Below, in pieces: positions 20,280 through 31,183 of a DNA stretch of 64,000 bases (the stretch's first letter is position 1; each line of letters starts with the position of its first letter). Under the pieces are notes generated by a model. That model was not told the DNA's origin, did not search any database, and saw only the letters and a list, made by a program, of their open reading frames with translations. Source of the DNA: Prochlorococcus sp. AG-355-B18 (GTDB lineage: Bacteria; Cyanobacteriota; Cyanobacteriia; PCC-6307; Cyanobiaceae); contig QCDI01000005.1 in the NCBI GenBank assembly GCA_003280965.1, positions 1 to 64,000 of the forward strand, written 5' to 3'. The position numbers were made by a program, and so were the translations under genes.

Positions 20280-22370
20280 TTAGTTAGAAAAATCCCCATA
20301 ACCATCGAAATTAAAGCTATGTATTTTAAAGTTTATTCCACCAGTTTTTGATTCATTATTATAAAAGAGACCTATTGAATAAGCTCTTCTATTCCATGTT
20401 AAATCAAATTTAGTATTAAAAAAATTTTTATAATTAGGAGAATCTAAATCCAAGTTATATTCAGTTTTATAATCTAATGTAATAGGACCAATCAATTGTT
20501 GTTTAAGATTAAATTCAATTGAAGTATTATCTGTCGCTTGATCGAAACCAAAAGGACTTTTGCCTTCTGCTAATGTTATTTTAGGATAGACACTTATCTT
20601 CGTATAATCTAATAAAATGTTTTTGAAGTTTCCTAGAGTTAATTCTGGTCCAACTCTAAAAGTAAATAAATCTTGGTAATTATAATCACTATATCTATAG
20701 AGATCAATTTTTGCTTGAGCATTTATATTTAATCCCGAAGGGATTTCTATTGGACTATACCTATAACCCTTATCTATGAAAGTATTTTTTTGAGGTTTCC
20801 ATATTGAATAAGAATGAGTTCTATCAAAAAAAATATTTAACCTTTTTCTACTAAGCATTTTTAAAGGATCAACCCTATCTGAAGACTTATAATCTCCATA
20901 GCTAGCTGCTATAGTTGAAGATTTGTTTACATTATTTATTATCCAGTCGTTTGATTTAATAATTTTCATACCATACGCGCTTATTATTTCCTTTTCACCA
21001 AGAGATCCATTCCAAATCTTATCTCTGTAATTACCAAATAATGATAGTTTAGTCTCTTTTTTTGAATTAATTCTATTTTTCGAATATAAAATCTTAGAAA
21101 TTTCAGATTTATTTCTAAAACTTTTTTTAAACTTTTCAAAATCAAGAGAATTCAATGAAAATTCAGAATTAAGATTTAGATTACTAAAGTTTGTATTAAA
21201 AAAACCTCTTAAGCCAAATGAATCTAAAAAAGTTATATCTCGTTCTGATTTTGAAGCAAGTAATGATTCATTTTTATTACTAAAACTCTCTGTTTTTCCA
21301 GACTTTATTCTCTGTAAATAAAATTCTTTTTGCAGATTTAAGCTTGATTTTTTTTCATTGCCAAAATATATTGGATCAAAATTCCTCGTTAGAAAAAATC
21401 CATCTTTCGACTCTTTGTCATAACCAAAACCCCATCTGAACAAGTTATCTTGATCAATTTTATATCTTCTTGGCCCAGTTGGAATATAAATTTTATTATC
21501 TAAAACTATGGTGCTCCAATTAGATTTAAAAGTTATTTCTCCATCAATATCTATAGACTTGAATCCTCTATTATTTATTATTAATTGAGGTTTATTAAAT
21601 GGGTCATTAGTTAAGACAAGTTTGTTTGCAAACCATTTATTATCTTTTATATCTATCCTGCTGGTTTTAAATCTCCATTTTTGTAGATCATTCAATTCTA
21701 AAATGAATTTTTTTGGGGAAACTTTTTTTAGGAATGTCCCTTTTTCATCCAGATCGAGTTCTTCAAAACCTAAAGTACTTGTACTATTAAGGCTTACATT
21801 TTTAACTTTATTATCTAAAAAAATTCTTTCATCAACTTTTTTGTCAATTTCTTTTTCTATCTTTATAAATCCAAGGTTATTAAAATTAATTGATCCATAA
21901 ATATCGTTAATAAATCCAGTTGAATTTTTAAAGTCATACTTCAACTCTGAAGCTAAAAGAAATTGGTCTTTTGAATTAAATCTTATGTCTCCATTGAGTA
22001 ATAATATTTTTGTTTTAAAGTTATATTGAAGTTTTTCCGCAACTATTATAGAACTACCATTTTGAAAAACTACATCTCCCTCGGCTGTAAAAATTTCTCC
22101 AGTGCGTAATTGCTTATTTGAAAGTATTCTAATATTATTTTGCGTTGAATTTTCATATCTAATATCTTCTAAATTATTTGCTATTAGATAAATAAACTTA
22201 TTGATTTCGATTTGTGGATATAAATTCAAATATGAAGATAATTGGGAGCTTTTCTTTTCAGCTTTTTCATCTAAAATATTATGATTCACATAACTAATTT
22301 TTCCAAAAACACTGAGTGGTAAGAAATTTAATGCTAAAAAACTTATAACAGTTGCATGTCTAATTTTCAA
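20280..22370 (-). CDS. Cyanobacterial LptD/OstA-like outer-membrane protein
   Basis: Signal peptide, AEGDV OstA-like region, TNDPFNKPQL, QQLIGP, WNRRAYSIGLFYN. Confidence 0.7.
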   Translation of the reverse strand: MKIRHATVISFLALNFLPLSVFGKISYVNHNILDEKAEKKSSQLSSYLNLYPQIEINKFIYLIANNLEDIRYENSTQNNIRILSNKQLRTGEIFTAEGDVVFQNGSSIIVAEKLQYNFKTKILLLNGDIRFNSKDQFLLASELKYDFKNSTGFINDIYGSINFNNLGFIKIEKEIDKKVDERIFLDNKVKNVSLNSTSTLGFEELDLDEKGTFLKKVSPKKFILELNDLQKWRFKTSRIDIKDNKWFANKLVLTNDPFNKPQLIINNRGFKSIDIDGEITFKSNWSTIVLDNKIYIPTGPRRYKIDQDNLFRWGFGYDKESKDGFFLTRNFDPIYFGNEKKSSLNLQKEFYLQRIKSGKTESFSNKNESLLASKSERDITFLDSFGLRGFFNTNFSNLNLNSEFSLNSLDFEKFKKSFRNKSEISKILYSKNRINSKKETKLSLFGNYRDKIWNGSLGEKEIISAYGMKIIKSNDWIINNVNKSSTIAASYGDYKSSDRVDPLKMLSRKRLNIFFDRTHSYSIWKPQKNTFIDKGYRYSPIEIPSGLNINAQAKIDLYRYSDYNYQDLFTFRVGPELTLGNFKNILLDYTKISVYPKITLAEGKSPFGFDQATDNTSIEFNLKQQLIGPITLDYKTEYNLDLDSPNYKNFFNTKFDLTWNRRAYSIGLFYNNESKTGGINFKIHSFNFDGYGDFSN

Positions 22371-23390
22371 AAATGCATACCCAATAGTTTTTTAATTATT
22401 ATATGAAAAAAACTAAAAGTAAACAAATAATTTCAGTTAAAGATTAAAAGCTTAATTTCGTTTTTTATCTATCCCACTTTTTGAAATTGAATGCAAAGTC
22501 ATTTTTATTTGTTATTAAAAACAATTCATTACCTTTCAGACTATTAATTAAGATATTTTCAAACTCTTAATAATCAATTCAAATGTTTTCTTTAGAGTAT
22601 ATTTCGATTGATTTTTTTCGTAAATGTGCTTATTTGATTTTGCACTGAAATTAAGTTCGATTTTAATTTTTTAGATTCCCAAAAGCTTGAAATTTAGTAT
22701 TTTTTTATAAATCAAAACTAATAGAATAGTTTTAAATAGTAGGACTTGCTATTAATAAAAATACTAAAAAATTTTTTTGTTTAATCAATTTAAACTATTA
22801 TATTCTTATTATAGTTATCTGTTTAAGTAAGATATTTTTATAAAATTTATTAATATAATTTTTATAAAACTTTTAAAAAAATTTTAAAGCTTTTCTTTAT
22901 TTCTAGGTTCAAGAAAAATTCTTCATTTTAAAGTTCATAAAGAACACTATTCTCTTCAGATTATCTCTTAGCAAGATTTTATCGAGAGGTTTAAAAAAAG
23001 GAATTAAAATTTAAGAATTATATTCAAAAATCTTCTCAATAAATTTAAAGGATTTATTTATTTATTAATAAAAATATTACATCTTTAGCTTCAATTATCT
23101 TGATAAATAAATTATCTAAAATGGTTAAATGGTAATTTTTTCAATAAGCTCTAATCAATTTTGAGAGCGTATAAATCCAAACCTCAAGTTACGAGAATTT
23201 TCTTTTTCAAATCTTTTAACAAATCAATTTTAATTACCCAAGATTTATTTAAAGAAACTTTTTAAGAGAAAGTTTTTAATTTAAATATAGATTTTTTAAT
23301 CCTTCAAGGATTTCAAATACAAGCTTAATTTAGTTTCAATAATTCAAAAATAATGGAATTAGGATAATTATAATTTTTTGAAGAGTTAAA

Positions 23391-24008
23391 TTAAACCTTC
23401 CTCCAGACTGCCAGTAACTTGCCCTGAAGAACAACTTCATCCAAACCTAACTCTATTGGTTCATAAGCTGGATTAGCAGCTTCTAAGAAAATTTTTTGTC
23501 CTTTTTTATTGAAATATTTCAAGGTCGTACCTAGTCCTGGGACCATAGCACTCACAATCATTCCATTTTTAAGAGAATAAGAATCTTTAATAGGTTCCAT
23601 CAACACCATATCCCCATGCGCGATACATGCATCTATCATTGAATCACCATTTACGGTTAAGGCGAAAACATCCTTTTTCTGTAAGACTTCAGATAAATCT
23701 AAATTTTCATTAACATCAGAATAAGTTTCAATTAAACCACCTGCCGCGACAGAACCCATAATTGGAACTCCACCTGTGATTTCATCTACTATTTGCATAG
23801 TTCTAGCTTTGCCTTCTTGCCACGATATGTATCCTTTTTCCTGTAAATGTTTTAAACGACTTTGAATTGGAGCAGGGGATTTAAGACCCATGGCTTGCAT
23901 CATTTGCCTAATCGAAGGACTATGTTGGAAGTCCCTCATATAGTCCTTTATCCATGCATAAAGCTCATTCTGAGCATCTGTAAGATTATTACCTTCAGAG
24001 GTTTTCAT
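23391..24008 (-). CDS. lexA: SOS repressor LexA
   Basis: SPSIRQMMQAMGLKSPAPIQSRL, GSVAAG, VNGDSM, TTLK. Confidence 0.96.
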   Translation of the reverse strand: MKTSEGNNLTDAQNELYAWIKDYMRDFQHSPSIRQMMQAMGLKSPAPIQSRLKHLQEKGYISWQEGKARTMQIVDEITGGVPIMGSVAAGGLIETYSDVNENLDLSEVLQKKDVFALTVNGDSMIDACIAHGDMVLMEPIKDSYSLKNGMIVSAMVPGLGTTLKYFNKKGQKIFLEAANPAYEPIELGLDEVVLQGKLLAVWRKV

Positions 24009-24009
24009 T

Positions 24010-24039
24010 AAAACATTTGTACGCTAATACATTTGTACC
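24010..24039 (-). promoter_or_regulatory. Two tandem LexA-box-like sites immediately upstream of lexA
   Basis: Minus strand GGTACAAATGTATT-AG-CGTACAAATGTTTT-A-ATG. Confidence 0.7.
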
Positions 24040-24065
24040 TCTTTTAGAGGTAAATAGCAATATTT

Positions 24066-24992
24066 TCATGAAAGAAGACATGTTAAAAGAGCTTGTTGAG
24101 CATGCATTCTATTTTCTGCCTGTTCAAAGATTCTACTTTTTTCACTTTCAATTACTTCATCAGTTATTTCTTTAGCCCTATAGGCAGGAAGACAATGAAG
24201 AATAATTGCATCTTTATCAGCATTTTTTACTAAATTCTGATCAATAGTAAATCCCAAAAAGTCCTTATCTTTCTCTTCTTTTTGGTTTTCTTCACCCATA
24301 GACGACCAAACATCTGTATACAAAACATTTGCGCCCTCTACTGCAGCAACGGGATCATTAGTGATTTTTAATAAATTTTTATTCTTATATATTTTTCTTG
24401 CTTTATTTATGACCAAATCATTCGGTTCATAACCTTTAGGACATGCAATTCTAACTTCAACCCCTAGTAAAGCTCCACACAAAATGAGAGAGTTAGCGAC
24501 GTTGTTGCCATCACCTATAAATGTCAAAACCACGTTTTTAAAATCAATAAATTCCTCTTTAATTGTCATAAAATCTGCCAAAGCCTGACAGGGATGTTCT
24601 AGATCTGTGAGAGCATTTATCACTGGCTTAGAAGACCATTTTGCATACTCTTCCAAATCAGATTGTTTAAAAGTTCTTATCGCAATAACATCGCAGTATC
24701 TACTTAGGACTCTTGCTGTATCTCTAATTGGCTCTCCCCTACCAATTTGTGAAGTATTAGGATTTAGATCAACTGTAGTGCCCCCAAGTCTTGACATTGC
24801 AACCTGAAAACTAACTCTGGTACGAGTTGATGACTTATCAAAAATTAAACCTAAAACTTTATCTTTGAGTTTTATGTTTAGATCTTTATTTTTAAAATTT
24901 TTTGCTATCTCTAAAATTTGAAGAAATTCTTTACATGAGATATCCAAGCTTGATAAAAAATTTTTACTTTCAAGCTTGATCGTGTTTAGCAT
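24066..24992 (-). CDS. argF: Ornithine carbamoyltransferase
   Basis: SSTRTR, HPCQALAD, HCLP. Confidence 0.96.
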   Translation of the reverse strand: MLNTIKLESKNFLSSLDISCKEFLQILEIAKNFKNKDLNIKLKDKVLGLIFDKSSTRTRVSFQVAMSRLGGTTVDLNPNTSQIGRGEPIRDTARVLSRYCDVIAIRTFKQSDLEEYAKWSSKPVINALTDLEHPCQALADFMTIKEEFIDFKNVVLTFIGDGNNVANSLILCGALLGVEVRIACPKGYEPNDLVINKARKIYKNKNLLKITNDPVAAVEGANVLYTDVWSSMGEENQKEEKDKDFLGFTIDQNLVKNADKDAIILHCLPAYRAKEITDEVIESEKSRIFEQAENRMHAQQALLTCLLS

Positions 24993-25020
24993 CTAACTTT
25001 ATACGAAAACCTAAATTCTA

Positions 25021-26883
25021 CTATGCAGGCATCTTACTCTCTGCTAGGAGGTTTTTAAGATCCTCACCCTCTATAACCTCTTCTTTGAGAATTTTTTGAG
25101 AAATCGATTCTAGAAGAGGTAGATTATTCCTCAAAATATTAAGTGCTGTTTCGTGTGCATCATCAACTAAATCTCTCACCTCTTTGTCTATTGCTTGAGC
25201 GGTAGCATCACTAACAGATCTCCTTGGATTGTTTCCATTCCCTAAGAACTGGCCACCACCTTGTTTGTCATAAGCAAGGGGGCCAAGAATATCACTCATT
25301 CCGAATGTACCAACCATTTGTTCTGCTATATCAGTTGCTCTTTGCAAGTCATTTGAGGCTCCCGTTGTAATCTTCCCAAAAACTACCTCTTCTGCTGATC
25401 TTCCTCCAAGAAGTGTAGCTATTTGTCCTTTTAATTCATCTTTAGAATTCAAAAATCTTTCTTCTGTTGGCAATTGAAGAGTATAACCAAGTGCACTCAT
25501 ACCTCTTGGTACAATTGAAATCTTAGCAACTTTTGAACCTCCAGGCATAAGATGTCCAACTATAGCATGACCAACTTCGTGGTAAGCAACAACTTTCTTC
25601 TCATCATCTTGTAAAACACGACTCTTCTTTTCCAAACCAGCTACTACTCTCTCTATAGCTTCACTTAAATCTTGTTGTTCTACACTTTTCCTTTTAGCTC
25701 TAGCGGCGAGCAAAGCAGCCTCATTTACCATATTAGCCAAATCGGCTCCGGCGAACCCGCTAGTGGCTTGGGCAATAGAGTCTAAGTCAATTGAATCAGC
25801 TAATTTAACTTTCTTGGTATATATCTCCAATATAGTTTTTCTACCAGACAAATCCGGTCTATCAACCAATACCTGCCTATCAAATCTTCCAGGCCTTAAC
25901 AATGCCGCATCTAGAACTTCAGGTTGGTTAGTAGCCGCAAGTACTATAACGGGCTTATCTGTGGAGGCAAAACCATCCATTTCAGTGAGAAGTTGATTTA
26001 AAGTTTGTTCTCTTTCGTCATTACCACCAACTACTCCCATTGATCCTGAACGGCTTTTACCTATCGCGTCTAATTCATCAATAAAAATAATACATGGAGC
26101 TTTCTTTTTGGCTTGTTCAAATAAATCTCTGACCCTTGCCGCACCTGCACCTACAAAAAGCTCAACAAATTCGGAACCTGAAATAATGAAAAATGGAACT
26201 TCCGCCTCTCCTGCAACTGCTTTTGATAAAAGTGTTTTACCTGTTCCTGGAGGGCCTACAAGAAGTACTCCTTTAGGTATTCTTGCTCCTATGTCTGTAT
26301 ACCTTTCAGGTCTCTTTAAAAAATCAACTATTTCTGTTAATTCATCTTTAGCTTCATCAACTCCTGCAACATCAGCAAAAGTAACTTTAGATTCATCATC
26401 AGGGACATAAACTTTAGCTTTACTTTTGGTAAAACTCAGAGCTCCCTGAGCACCACCTCCCCCCATACTTCTTCTAGCGAAGAATTGTAAAACAAGTATA
26501 AAAATTAAAGGGGGAACAACCCAACTCAATATAGTTGAGAAAAAATTAGGTTTTTTGGGAGGAGCGGCAGCGAATTCCACTCCTTTACTTTCTAACCTTT
26601 GGGGTAGGTCCATATCAAAAATTGGGGTTGTTGCTAGAACAGAAGGGGCTCCTTCTTCAGCTCCATTTAACTCATACCTAATCTGTTCTTGAGTTATATA
26701 TGCACGCTTAACTTCTCCATCATTAACCTGATCTATAAATAAAGAATAAGGTACCCTAGGGATTTGCATATTTTGATTAGGGAAAAGGCTGCTAAATAGA
26801 AGCAAAGCTCCCACTCCTATCAAAATGATATTTACAATTCCAAATCTTCTATTAGGTTGATTATCGTCTTGTCTTATTGGCAT
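25021..26883 (-). CDS. ftsH: ATP-dependent zinc metalloprotease FtsH
   Basis: GPPGTGKT, LLRPGRFDRQ, HEVGH. Confidence 0.97.
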   Translation of the reverse strand: MPIRQDDNQPNRRFGIVNIILIGVGALLLFSSLFPNQNMQIPRVPYSLFIDQVNDGEVKRAYITQEQIRYELNGAEEGAPSVLATTPIFDMDLPQRLESKGVEFAAAPPKKPNFFSTILSWVVPPLIFILVLQFFARRSMGGGGAQGALSFTKSKAKVYVPDDESKVTFADVAGVDEAKDELTEIVDFLKRPERYTDIGARIPKGVLLVGPPGTGKTLLSKAVAGEAEVPFFIISGSEFVELFVGAGAARVRDLFEQAKKKAPCIIFIDELDAIGKSRSGSMGVVGGNDEREQTLNQLLTEMDGFASTDKPVIVLAATNQPEVLDAALLRPGRFDRQVLVDRPDLSGRKTILEIYTKKVKLADSIDLDSIAQATSGFAGADLANMVNEAALLAARAKRKSVEQQDLSEAIERVVAGLEKKSRVLQDDEKKVVAYHEVGHAIVGHLMPGGSKVAKISIVPRGMSALGYTLQLPTEERFLNSKDELKGQIATLLGGRSAEEVVFGKITTGASNDLQRATDIAEQMVGTFGMSDILGPLAYDKQGGGQFLGNGNNPRRSVSDATAQAIDKEVRDLVDDAHETALNILRNNLPLLESISQKILKEEVIEGEDLKNLLAESKMPA

Positions 26884-26996
26884 AGTTATAAAAAATTTTG
26901 AACTTATTATAAACTAAACTAAGAGTTTCCGTATCTGTATTGTTTTTTTTGGGTAAGAACCGTACGGTACTTTGACCCATAAAATTAGTTTAAAAA

Positions 26997-28097
26997 TTAA
27001 TTTTTTAATGAACTCCTAATAGATATATCATTTCCAATCAAACTAAACTGAGGATCACTTAATTTAATAATTTCGTGCATTTCTCTAAATTCAAAATCGC
27101 TTAGAGGATTCATACTATTTTCTCCACCTAAAATTTTTGGGGCAATAAAAGTAATAAGTTCCTGAATACAATTAGATTGAATAGCTGCAGTAGCCAATCC
27201 TGGGCCACATTCCCAAAGGACTTTATTACATCCTCTTTTTGCAAGTATTTTTGAAATTAACTCTGGATTATCTGATAATACCTTTTCAACCTCCACGCAT
27301 TTCGGAATCCTTGAGAGGTGGCTTTCATTTGCTGTAGAAGAATCATAAATAACTAAAGTTTTTGCCTTACTACAATCCCAAAGATTAGATTTTGAAGGGA
27401 GATCTAAACTTTTTGTGAAAACAACTCGCAATGGCTCTGGATTTTTGGCACCTCTAGTAGTCAAAAGTGGGTTGTCTCTTCTTAATGTGTTTCCCCCAAT
27501 GATTATTGCATCAAATTCTGCTCTTAAAGAATGAACTAATGACCTTGATTCATCATTAGTAATCCATTTACTTTTTCCATTTTTTAAAGCTATTCTTCCA
27601 TCTACACTCATCGCCCATTTAAGAACACCAAATGCCTTATTAGTAACATTTCTATGAATGAAAGCCTTATTTAGATCTAAGGATTCTTTTTTACATAATC
27701 CTAAGTGAACTTGTATTCCAGCTTCTTTTAGTAGCTTAATGCCTTTACCAGAGACTCTTTTATCAGGGTCTTCAATAGAAATATATACCTTTTTTAATCC
27801 AGATGATATCACCTTATCTACACATGGAGGTGTTTTACCTTGATGGCAACAAGGTTCAAGATTTACATACATTGTTCCACCTCTAGCATCCTTTTCTAAA
27901 TTATTAAAAGCCATTGCCTCTGCATGAGGCATACCTGCCTTGAAATGAAATCCTTCTGAAATAAGATTTCCTCTCTTATCAAGTATTACTGCACCAACAC
28001 TAGGGTTAGGACTTGTTGTATTTTTGCCTAAGGAAGCTAAAAAAATTGCTCTCTTCATCCATTTTGTATGGCTCACATTTTTTTCAAACATCTCCAA
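26997..28097 (-). CDS. ribD: Riboflavin biosynthesis deaminase/reductase
   Basis: PNPSVG, HAE, LEPCCHQGKTPPC, ECGPGLA. Confidence 0.95.
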   Translation of the reverse strand: MEMFEKNVSHTKWMKRAIFLASLGKNTTSPNPSVGAVILDKRGNLISEGFHFKAGMPHAEAMAFNNLEKDARGGTMYVNLEPCCHQGKTPPCVDKVISSGLKKVYISIEDPDKRVSGKGIKLLKEAGIQVHLGLCKKESLDLNKAFIHRNVTNKAFGVLKWAMSVDGRIALKNGKSKWITNDESRSLVHSLRAEFDAIIIGGNTLRRDNPLLTTRGAKNPEPLRVVFTKSLDLPSKSNLWDCSKAKTLVIYDSSTANESHLSRIPKCVEVEKVLSDNPELISKILAKRGCNKVLWECGPGLATAAIQSNCIQELITFIAPKILGGENSMNPLSDFEFREMHEIIKLSDPQFSLIGNDISIRSSLKN

Positions 28098-28106
28098 TAA
28101 TCAAAT

Positions 28107-28607
28107 TCATTTTATTGATCTCCACTCTTTAACAACAAAGGGCGGAACAGGTAACTCAGAAAAAACTCCTGACAAAGATAATCTTAATGGTCTATTTTTA
28201 TCTAAATTTTTAATCAATTCATAAAGATCGAATTCTGCTGCAGCTTGTCTTCCATCATTTGCCAATTCCACATTAAGTAATGTTTTATCATCTAAAAGCC
28301 ACTGTTTTCTTCCTGACTCAACCCTCAAGTTAGTGGGATGATCAATTCTGAGATTTCCTGGATATCCTATTACTCTCAAGATCAATTTATCTTCAAAAAG
28401 AGGTGATTTATAAGCTACTAGTTGCCAAGTTTCAAAGTCCAAGTCCCTTAAGAACTCACTACTAGCATTCATTAATTCCCCATTAATTTCTGTTTCTGCA
28501 ACTTCTGCAGATACTTTTAATGGATTAAAAATAAAGGATAGTAATAAAAGTAAAAGTAATATACCTTTTGAAAAAATATTTTTATTTGATTTTGTAATTT
28601 TCTTCAT
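28107..28607 (-). CDS. Conserved cyanobacterial exported protein (DUF3122-like)
   Basis: Signal peptide, LRDLDFETWQLV, LRVIGYPG, VVKEW; start taken at MKKITK. Confidence 0.6.
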   Translation of the reverse strand: MKKITKSNKNIFSKGILLLLLLLSFIFNPLKVSAEVAETEINGELMNASSEFLRDLDFETWQLVAYKSPLFEDKLILRVIGYPGNLRIDHPTNLRVESGRKQWLLDDKTLLNVELANDGRQAAAEFDLYELIKNLDKNRPLRLSLSGVFSELPVPPFVVKEWRSIK

Positions 28608-28833
28608 TTTCAGAATCCATAAGGGCATCTAAAGTTACAGCTGTTCTTACAATAGCTTGAAACCTTTTGATTATTTTACGATTTTTTTCTATAACTCGAG
28701 ATAAATTCAAAGTGTCTTTTTCAGAATAGCTAGATGTTAAATCGCTAGAATCTTCTTCAATAAACTCAAATTCACTATCTTTATTAATTAGAGTTAACAA
28801 TAAATCATGTAATCTCTTTCTCCTTTCAGACAA
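28582..28833 (-). CDS. Small hypothetical protein
   Basis: 83-aa ORF in the ribD operon orientation. Confidence 0.6.
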   Translation of the reverse strand: MSERRKRLHDLLLTLINKDSEFEFIEEDSSDLTSSYSEKDTLNLSRVIEKNRKIIKRFQAIVRTAVTLDALMDSENEENYKIK

Positions 28834-28913
28834 TTAATTTACTATGATAACTCGCATAATAATAAGATAATTTAATAAAACATTCAAACAATTTAGTTCC
28901 ATTTTCTTAAATA

Positions 28914-30197
28914 TTGATGACTGAAGTTTATAGAATGATTCATGTAATTGGGATTAATTCTTACAAATTTGAAGATCTATCTTTCAAATTACAAAATCTA
29001 TTTTTAAATACAGATAATATTGCTGTTCCCAATTCATATTTTGAAGAAATTAAATCATGGAGCGATAATGATTTAGAAAAAAAGAAGTCATATTTTTCGA
29101 GCAACAGTAATAAGGAACTTGTTGAATGGCTTAGATCTCAAGAGAATGACGTTATCTTAATTTCAAGAGGAGATCCACTTTGGTTTGGAATTGGAAGAAT
29201 ACTACTAGAAAATTTTTCAAAAGATGAATTAATTTTCTACCCTTCAAATACTTGTATTCAATTAGCATTTAATAAGTTAAAGATCCCATGGCAAGAAACT
29301 GTTAATGTAAGTATTCACGGCAGGGATTCGACTAGGTTAATTGAGGCTCTTAAAGCAAGGCCTTCAAGTTTGGCTATTATTACAGATTCAAATTACAAAA
29401 GTTTCAAAATAATCAAAAAAAACTTATCAGAATTAAATCTAATTGAATACTATGATTTTTGGCTCTGTGAAGAGATAGGCTTTGACAATGAAAATATAAG
29501 AAAATTAAATCTTAAAGAGTCATTTCCCTCTGACATATCAAGTTTAAACATTGTTGTTCTTACAAAAACAAAGAAAAATTACTCAAATAATAATCTCCCT
29601 CTTTTCGGAATAAATGATATTGTTTTTAAAACTTTTGATGATAGACCAAATTTATTAACCAAAAGGGAAGTTCGCGTTCAAATTTTAGCTGATCTAGAGC
29701 TCCCAAAAAATGGAGTCTTGTGGGACATAGGAGCAGGTTGTGGGTCAATCGGTTTAGAAGCATTAAAATTAAGGCCTAATTTAGATTTGTTTTGTATTGA
29801 TAAAAGGATTGGCTCAAAATCATTAATACTAGAAAACTCAAAAAGACTTGGCGTTAAACCAAAATTTATTTATGAGGAAGACGTTAATAATACCTTGAAT
29901 TCGATAAAATTGAATTCTTTTGAAAAACCTTATAGATGTGTAATTGGAGGATGTGATAAAAAGACTAAACTTCAAATTATTGATAAATTCTCTCAGGTTA
30001 TGAGTATTGGAGATATCATCATTATCCCAATAATTGACATTCAAACTATTAAAGAATTGAAAGAGGAATTAAAATATAAAAATTTCAAAACAAATATAAA
30101 TTTAATTCAGACCTATAAAGGCTTAAGTATCGCTGAGGGAATGAGATTAGAACCTAATAATCCTGTTTTTTTATTAAAAGGGAAAAAACAAATTTAA
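28914..30197 (+). CDS. cobL: Bifunctional precorrin-6Y/cobalt-precorrin methyltransferase (CbiE/CbiT)
   Basis: SRGDPLWFGIG, SIHGR, TKREVR, WDIGAGCGSI. Confidence 0.9.
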   Translation: MMTEVYRMIHVIGINSYKFEDLSFKLQNLFLNTDNIAVPNSYFEEIKSWSDNDLEKKKSYFSSNSNKELVEWLRSQENDVILISRGDPLWFGIGRILLENFSKDELIFYPSNTCIQLAFNKLKIPWQETVNVSIHGRDSTRLIEALKARPSSLAIITDSNYKSFKIIKKNLSELNLIEYYDFWLCEEIGFDNENIRKLNLKESFPSDISSLNIVVLTKTKKNYSNNNLPLFGINDIVFKTFDDRPNLLTKREVRVQILADLELPKNGVLWDIGAGCGSIGLEALKLRPNLDLFCIDKRIGSKSLILENSKRLGVKPKFIYEEDVNNTLNSIKLNSFEKPYRCVIGGCDKKTKLQIIDKFSQVMSIGDIIIIPIIDIQTIKELKEELKYKNFKTNINLIQTYKGLSIAEGMRLEPNNPVFLLKGKKQI

Positions 30198-30204
30198 TTA
30201 GTTG

Positions 30205-31113
30205 TTATTTGTTAGGTTTAGCCACATGGGGCAACCCCCAGCCAAGTTTATTTCTTAAAACCTGGAAAAATTCATGATCTTCAAGTCTTATAAACTTTAC
30301 TGAGTGTTTGCTTTTTCTTATTAACACTCTATCTTCAGGCCAAACATAACAACCAGCATTTCCATCAACAACCATTACCAACCTTTCAGGAGTTGCAGGG
30401 AACACCGTTACTGGCTCCGAATCATTAAAAACCAATGCCCTAGATGCCAATGAATGTGGAGCAATTGGAGTTAATTGCACTACTGGGCAATCAGGAGTAA
30501 TAACTGGCCCTCCAGCACTTAGAGAATAAGCTGTAGATCCAGTTGGAGTAGATAAAATTACTCCATCAGCTGAAATGTCCACTGGAGCATGTCGCCCTAT
30601 AGAAATCTCAAAATGACACATACTTGTAAGAGGTTCTCTATGAAGAGCCATCTCATTAAGGCAGAGAGACTCCCATCTCCTCTGATCATTCCTCATTACA
30701 CTAATAATTAAGCAAGTTCTTTCTTCAATATCCCAATTTCCAGCAATGATTTTATCTAATGCCACATCAAGATTAGATAAATAAGCTTCTGCAAGAAAAC
30801 CTAAATGACCAGTATTTATTGTAAGGATTGGAATTTCAGCAGGTGCTGTTTGTCTTGCTGAAGAAAGTACGGTTCCATCTCCGCCAAGAACAATTGCAAA
30901 TTCCATTGACGAGTCAAACCCCTCGGGGACGCAATTTGTATATCCCAAAGGACGAACATGTTGATCAGGATTGGCGAATCCAATCATTCCGCCAGAGCTA
31001 CTAACTCTTACAACTTCATAATTAGAATTTTCCAATTTTTTCTGAACAGAACCTGCAGTTTGAACAGCAAGTTCTTTCCCATCATTAACGATTAGCCCTG
31101 CTCTACGTACCAA
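30205..31113 (-). CDS. nadK: NAD kinase
   Basis: [28 protein letters not shown]. Confidence 0.95.
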   Translation of the reverse strand: MVRRAGLIVNDGKELAVQTAGSVQKKLENSNYEVVRVSSSGGMIGFANPDQHVRPLGYTNCVPEGFDSSMEFAIVLGGDGTVLSSARQTAPAEIPILTINTGHLGFLAEAYLSNLDVALDKIIAGNWDIEERTCLIISVMRNDQRRWESLCLNEMALHREPLTSMCHFEISIGRHAPVDISADGVILSTPTGSTAYSLSAGGPVITPDCPVVQLTPIAPHSLASRALVFNDSEPVTVFPATPERLVMVVDGNAGCYVWPEDRVLIRKSKHSVKFIRLEDHEFFQVLRNKLGWGLPHVAKPNK

Positions 31114-31183
31114 TCAAAAAAATAAAACTATGACTATCTTAAACTAATTTGCTGGACAATCCTAATTTAAAATTTCAATTTTA

